DNA of 63,640 nucleotides, filler included, from Licmophora abbreviata (taxonomy: Eukaryota), in NCBI GenBank assembly GCA_900291995.1. It is 31 parts of 31 records of this genome, joined end to end, with 100 filler letters (N's around TTAATTAATTAA, not from the genome) between each part and the next. Parts side by side here need not be neighbours in the genome. Positions count along the whole stretch, not along the records: positions 60,482 to 61,673 come from OLMU01005864.1; positions 61,774 to 63,640 come from OLMU01005865.1; 29 more parts are not named here. One strand, given 5' to 3'. This document shows, in pieces, positions 60,987 through 63,640 of this stretch. The position numbers were made by a program, and so were the translations under genes. Position 1 is the first letter of the stretch. Each line of letters begins with the position of its first letter. The notes beneath the pieces are model-generated. The model saw only the letters and a list, made by a program, of their open reading frames with translations, had not been told where the DNA came from and did no database searches.

Positions 60987-61430
60987 ATGAGCACCACTAC
61001 GAATCTCCAAGTACCCTCCAATGAAGAGTGCTTGGCACTCTTCGATCGTTTCGACTACAACGGCAATGGAATCCTGTCTCTTGCCGAACTCGATAAGACC
61101 GTCGTGGAACTTTGGCCCAACTTCAACCACAAGCCGGCCATTATGCGAGCCTACAAGAGTGCCGACAAGAACGACGATGGCTTTATTCGGCGCAATGAAT
61201 TTCGACGATTCTTGAAGTTTCTCGAGTACTACAACAATCTATGGGAAGACTTTAGTCTGGCTGACAATGATGGGGACAGACGTCTGACGAAGGAAGAATT
61301 TACCAATATTGCTGCTCCTAAACTTGACCTTGCTGATGCGGATGCAGTTTGGAAGGAAATGGACTCGAATCAAGGAGGTTTCGTTCTCTTTGATGAGTTC
61401 TGCGCCTGGATGTCGAAAAGAGAGGCGTAG
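60987..61430 (+). CDS. Four-EF-hand Ca2+-binding protein (calflagin/FCaBP-like)
   Basis: DYNGNGILSLAE, DKNDDGFIRRNE, DNDGDRRLTKEE, DSNQGGFVLFDEF. Confidence 0.88.
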   Translation: MSTTTNLQVPSNEECLALFDRFDYNGNGILSLAELDKTVVELWPNFNHKPAIMRAYKSADKNDDGFIRRNEFRRFLKFLEYYNNLWEDFSLADNDGDRRLTKEEFTNIAAPKLDLADADAVWKEMDSNQGGFVLFDEFCAWMSKREA

Positions 61431-61773
61431 AGTCGAAGGGGTGTTTTGAGAATTGAGAAGGTAGAAAACATATGAAACAAATCATTATTGACGATGTCAA
61501 TCGCTTTCCAATTGGAGTGGTAGCTTCTCTTTCGTATATCTCTTGTCACGGGATCAAGAGTACTACTGTAGATTATGTATAACCAGTGCTTCAATTGATG
61601 TCTCTACGCTGCTTTACGAATATTCTTTGCGTACGAGTACTTTGTGAGACACACCGAGACGTCGTCTGTCCACNNNNNNNNNNNNNNNNNNNNNNNNNNN
61701 NNNNNNNNNNNNNNNNNTTAATTAATTAANNNNNNNNNNNNNNNNNNNNNNNNNNNNNNNNNNNNNNNNNNNN

Positions 61774-62010
61774 AGCGCGCGCTGCTGGAGCCGCCTTGGG
61801 AGGAGCCGGTGCAGACTCTGCTGGAGATGCCGACACTGCATCCGATGGCAGCTCGGCTTTGGGCGGAGGAGCCACGGCCGGTGCCGGGCTACTAGCTGGT
61901 TGCTTCTTCTCGGTTCCTTTCTCACCGGGAAGCGTGACAGCGCTAGTCACACTGTCTATATCGATCTCGTTCAAGATGAGAAGTGATGAAGATCGTGGAG
62001 GATGCTGGAA
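61774..62010 (-). CDS. Hypothetical Pro/Ala-rich fragment running into the linker
   Basis: Open frame PASSPAPAVAPPPKAE; start exon not resolved. Confidence 0.35.
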
Positions 62011-62514
62011 GGTAGGAAAAGATACGGGCAGCAGCAGGGGGTGAGTCTAGGCCCAAAATTCGACTTTCACGGTAGGCTCTTCAAAGTTTCACCCGTACCA
62101 GCATCGCAGGTCTCTGGACCGTAAACCCTGCCACAAGGGGCAAGAGGACGACTACGGGGAGCACTCGCATCATCATTGGTAACTAGTGTGTGTGTATTAT
62201 CGTGGCACCAAGTGAGACACAGTTGTTTGCATTGTTCCAAAGATCTGTTCCAAGTTGAGGCAAAAAGATACGTTTGGTTGACACTCATGATTCAGAAGCT
62301 CTTTGAAACACGACTGAGTGCACATCACCCGGAACATACGAACTCCCTCCGAGCGTAACTTTGAACTCTTGGTGAATTTCGAATTTCACGTTCGGAGAAG
62401 CCGCTCTCACAATGACACACACATGTACCGCGCCGTTCGTTCTCGTTGCATGCACATCACGCCCCTTTCGCCTTGGCTCGTCCGCAATTCGTCTCTTTGG
62501 TGTTCTGAAAGACG

Positions 62515-63640
62515 ATGGATCTTCTTTTGTCGTTTTCGGCTCTACTCTTACTCTCATTCTCGCGTACTACTACTACTTGCGCCGTGAAAAACTCGGCCTT
62601 TTTGATCCGTACAACAAGAAGCACCCGCCTCTACCCGTTTCCTCTTGGACGGCAGCAAAGACACCTCTTACGCTCTGCGTTTGAAGATGGTGTCAGCCCT
62701 GAAGAATGTTCGTTGGAGGAGGAGGATGCCGAGAACTGCTTGGTGGAGACTGGATACATCAAGATGTCCGAGTCCTTTGCGACAGTCCAGGAAGTGTACG
62801 TGGCACCGGTCGAGAGCCTCCGCGATCGCGGATTCCCCTCCTTTGAAGCAGAAGGCAGCAACAGCAGTAGCAGCGACGGATCGAATGTGATCAAGTACAA
62901 CAAGCGACGTAAAACACAAATCACGAATAAAAATGACGTGTCTTCGCATGTGGCGAATCTGCACTACAATGAGCTTGTGTCGAATCGAGAAGTGGTTCTA
63001 GTTGATTCAGTACGTCAGCCTGGTATGAAAGGTGTCTCGCGAGCCTTTTCGAGAGCAGGACCACGGAAGTCTTTGCATTTTGATCCATCCACCGTGAATG
63101 CAGCCATTGTGACTTGTGGGGGGTTGTGTCCGGGTGAGTGTGCGTTTTCAGGCGGTTCGAATGAATGGCTTCTCACAATGATGGCTTATGACATATCATG
63201 CATTCCCTATATTTCCCCACCTACAGGACTCAACAATGTGATTCGAGAGCTGGTACATTCTCTATATTATTTGTACGGCGCGAATAGAGTGTACGGTATC
63301 AAAGGTGGCTTTCGTGGCTTTCTGGGTGATCCGGACTATGAGCCGGTCGTCCTCACCAATGAGCTCGTCGAAAACATCCATCACGAGGGAGGAACCATAC
63401 TGCGATCGGCACGAGGTGGCTTTGATATGGACAAGATTATCAATTTTCTGCAACAACACGATATCAGTCAATTGTACATTATCGGAGGGGATGGAACTCA
63501 TCGAGGGGCATATGCGATAGGCCAGGAATGCTTGAAGCGCAACTTGAATATCGCCATTGCAGGGATACCCAAGACTATCGACAACGATGTTGACTTCATT
63601 GACCGTTCGTTTGGATTTGCGAGTTCAATCGAAGCGGCTC
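62515..63640 (+). CDS. PFK: ATP-dependent 6-phosphofructokinase (plant/group X type), probably plastid-targeted; intron 63134-63226; 3' partial
   Basis: Missing from the ORF track because no stop occurs in the window. MDLLLSFSALLLLSF...NSA-FL leader; RAGPR, AAIVTCGGLCPG|LNNVIRE, GGTILRSARGG, IGGDGTHRGA, GIPKTIDND. Confidence 0.93.
   Translation, partial: MDLLLSFSALLLLSFSRTTTTCAVKNSAFLIRTTRSTRLYPFPLGRQQRHLLRSAFEDGVSPEECSLEEEDAENCLVETGYIKMSESFATVQEVYVAPVESLRDRGFPSFEAEGSNSSSSDGSNVIKYNKRRKTQITNKNDVSSHVANLHYNELVSNREVVLVDSVRQPGMKGVSRAFSRAGPRKSLHFDPSTVNAAIVTCGGLCPGECAFSGGSNEWLLTMMAYDISCIPYISPPTGLNNVIRELVHSLYYLYGANRVYGIKGGFRGFLGDPDYEPVVLTNELVENIHHEGGTILRSARGGFDMDKIINFLQQHDISQLYIIGGDGTHRGAYAIGQECLKRNLNIAIAGIPKTIDNDVDFIDRSFGFASSIEAA

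Noticed and set aside
1430..61773. TTAATTAATTAA recurring 30 times as a biological repeat or regulatory site
   Set aside because: Always centred in 88 N and encodes stops in all frames; it is an assembly spacer.
62412..62890. ORFs 62412-62684 and 62645-62890 as separate genes or a frameshifted PFK start
   Set aside because: A third frame from ATG 62515 is continuous with the PFK core and gives a coherent targeting leader.
1..63640. tRNA, rRNA, transposase or reverse transcriptase genes
   Set aside because: None recognised by eye; tRNAscan-SE, Infernal and a repeat search would be needed to exclude them.

Overview
Eukaryotic nuclear DNA, almost certainly from a diatom (bipartite signal peptide + 'AF/SF' plastid-targeting leaders, short GT-AG introns, diatom-type gene families). 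It is a draft assembly of 31 short contigs joined by 30 artificial 100-nt linkers (44 N + TTAATTAATTAA + 44 N). Several genes run across linkers, so the contigs are ordered, but true gap sizes are unknown and single-base indels are frequent. The first ~39 kb is gene-dense and mostly housekeeping (UBR-type ligase tail, TLDc protein, POP5, GRP94, DVR, aldo-keto reductase, ATG4, VPS34, kinase, fibrillin, ABCG, MOG1, two ABCB paralogs, CLC, lipid kinase, MFS, RFC5). It also holds three unusual fusions: degenerate ppGalNAc-T + core-1 galactosyltransferase, F-box + cytochrome b5, and lipoyl + KGD4/MRPS36-like. The main discovery is ~39.8-60.4 kb, where nearly every recognisable gene encodes a secretory-pathway protein. 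A family of small secreted proteins shares a QVRG...TYATRM...RxL pro-peptide, and one member is a KxxK/Ser-rich silaffin-like protein. These genes are interleaved with an aminopropyltransferase/AdoMetDC-like/Tudor gene, a giant fusion joining aminopropyltransferase/AdoMetDC-like modules to sulfotransferase, GT31 and GT47 domains, a stand-alone sulfotransferase, a GT92/GT2-like enzyme and a GT29 enzyme. This is a candidate 'silaffin precursor + tailoring enzymes' biosilica/extracellular-matrix locus. All family calls come from motif recognition by eye, not database searches.
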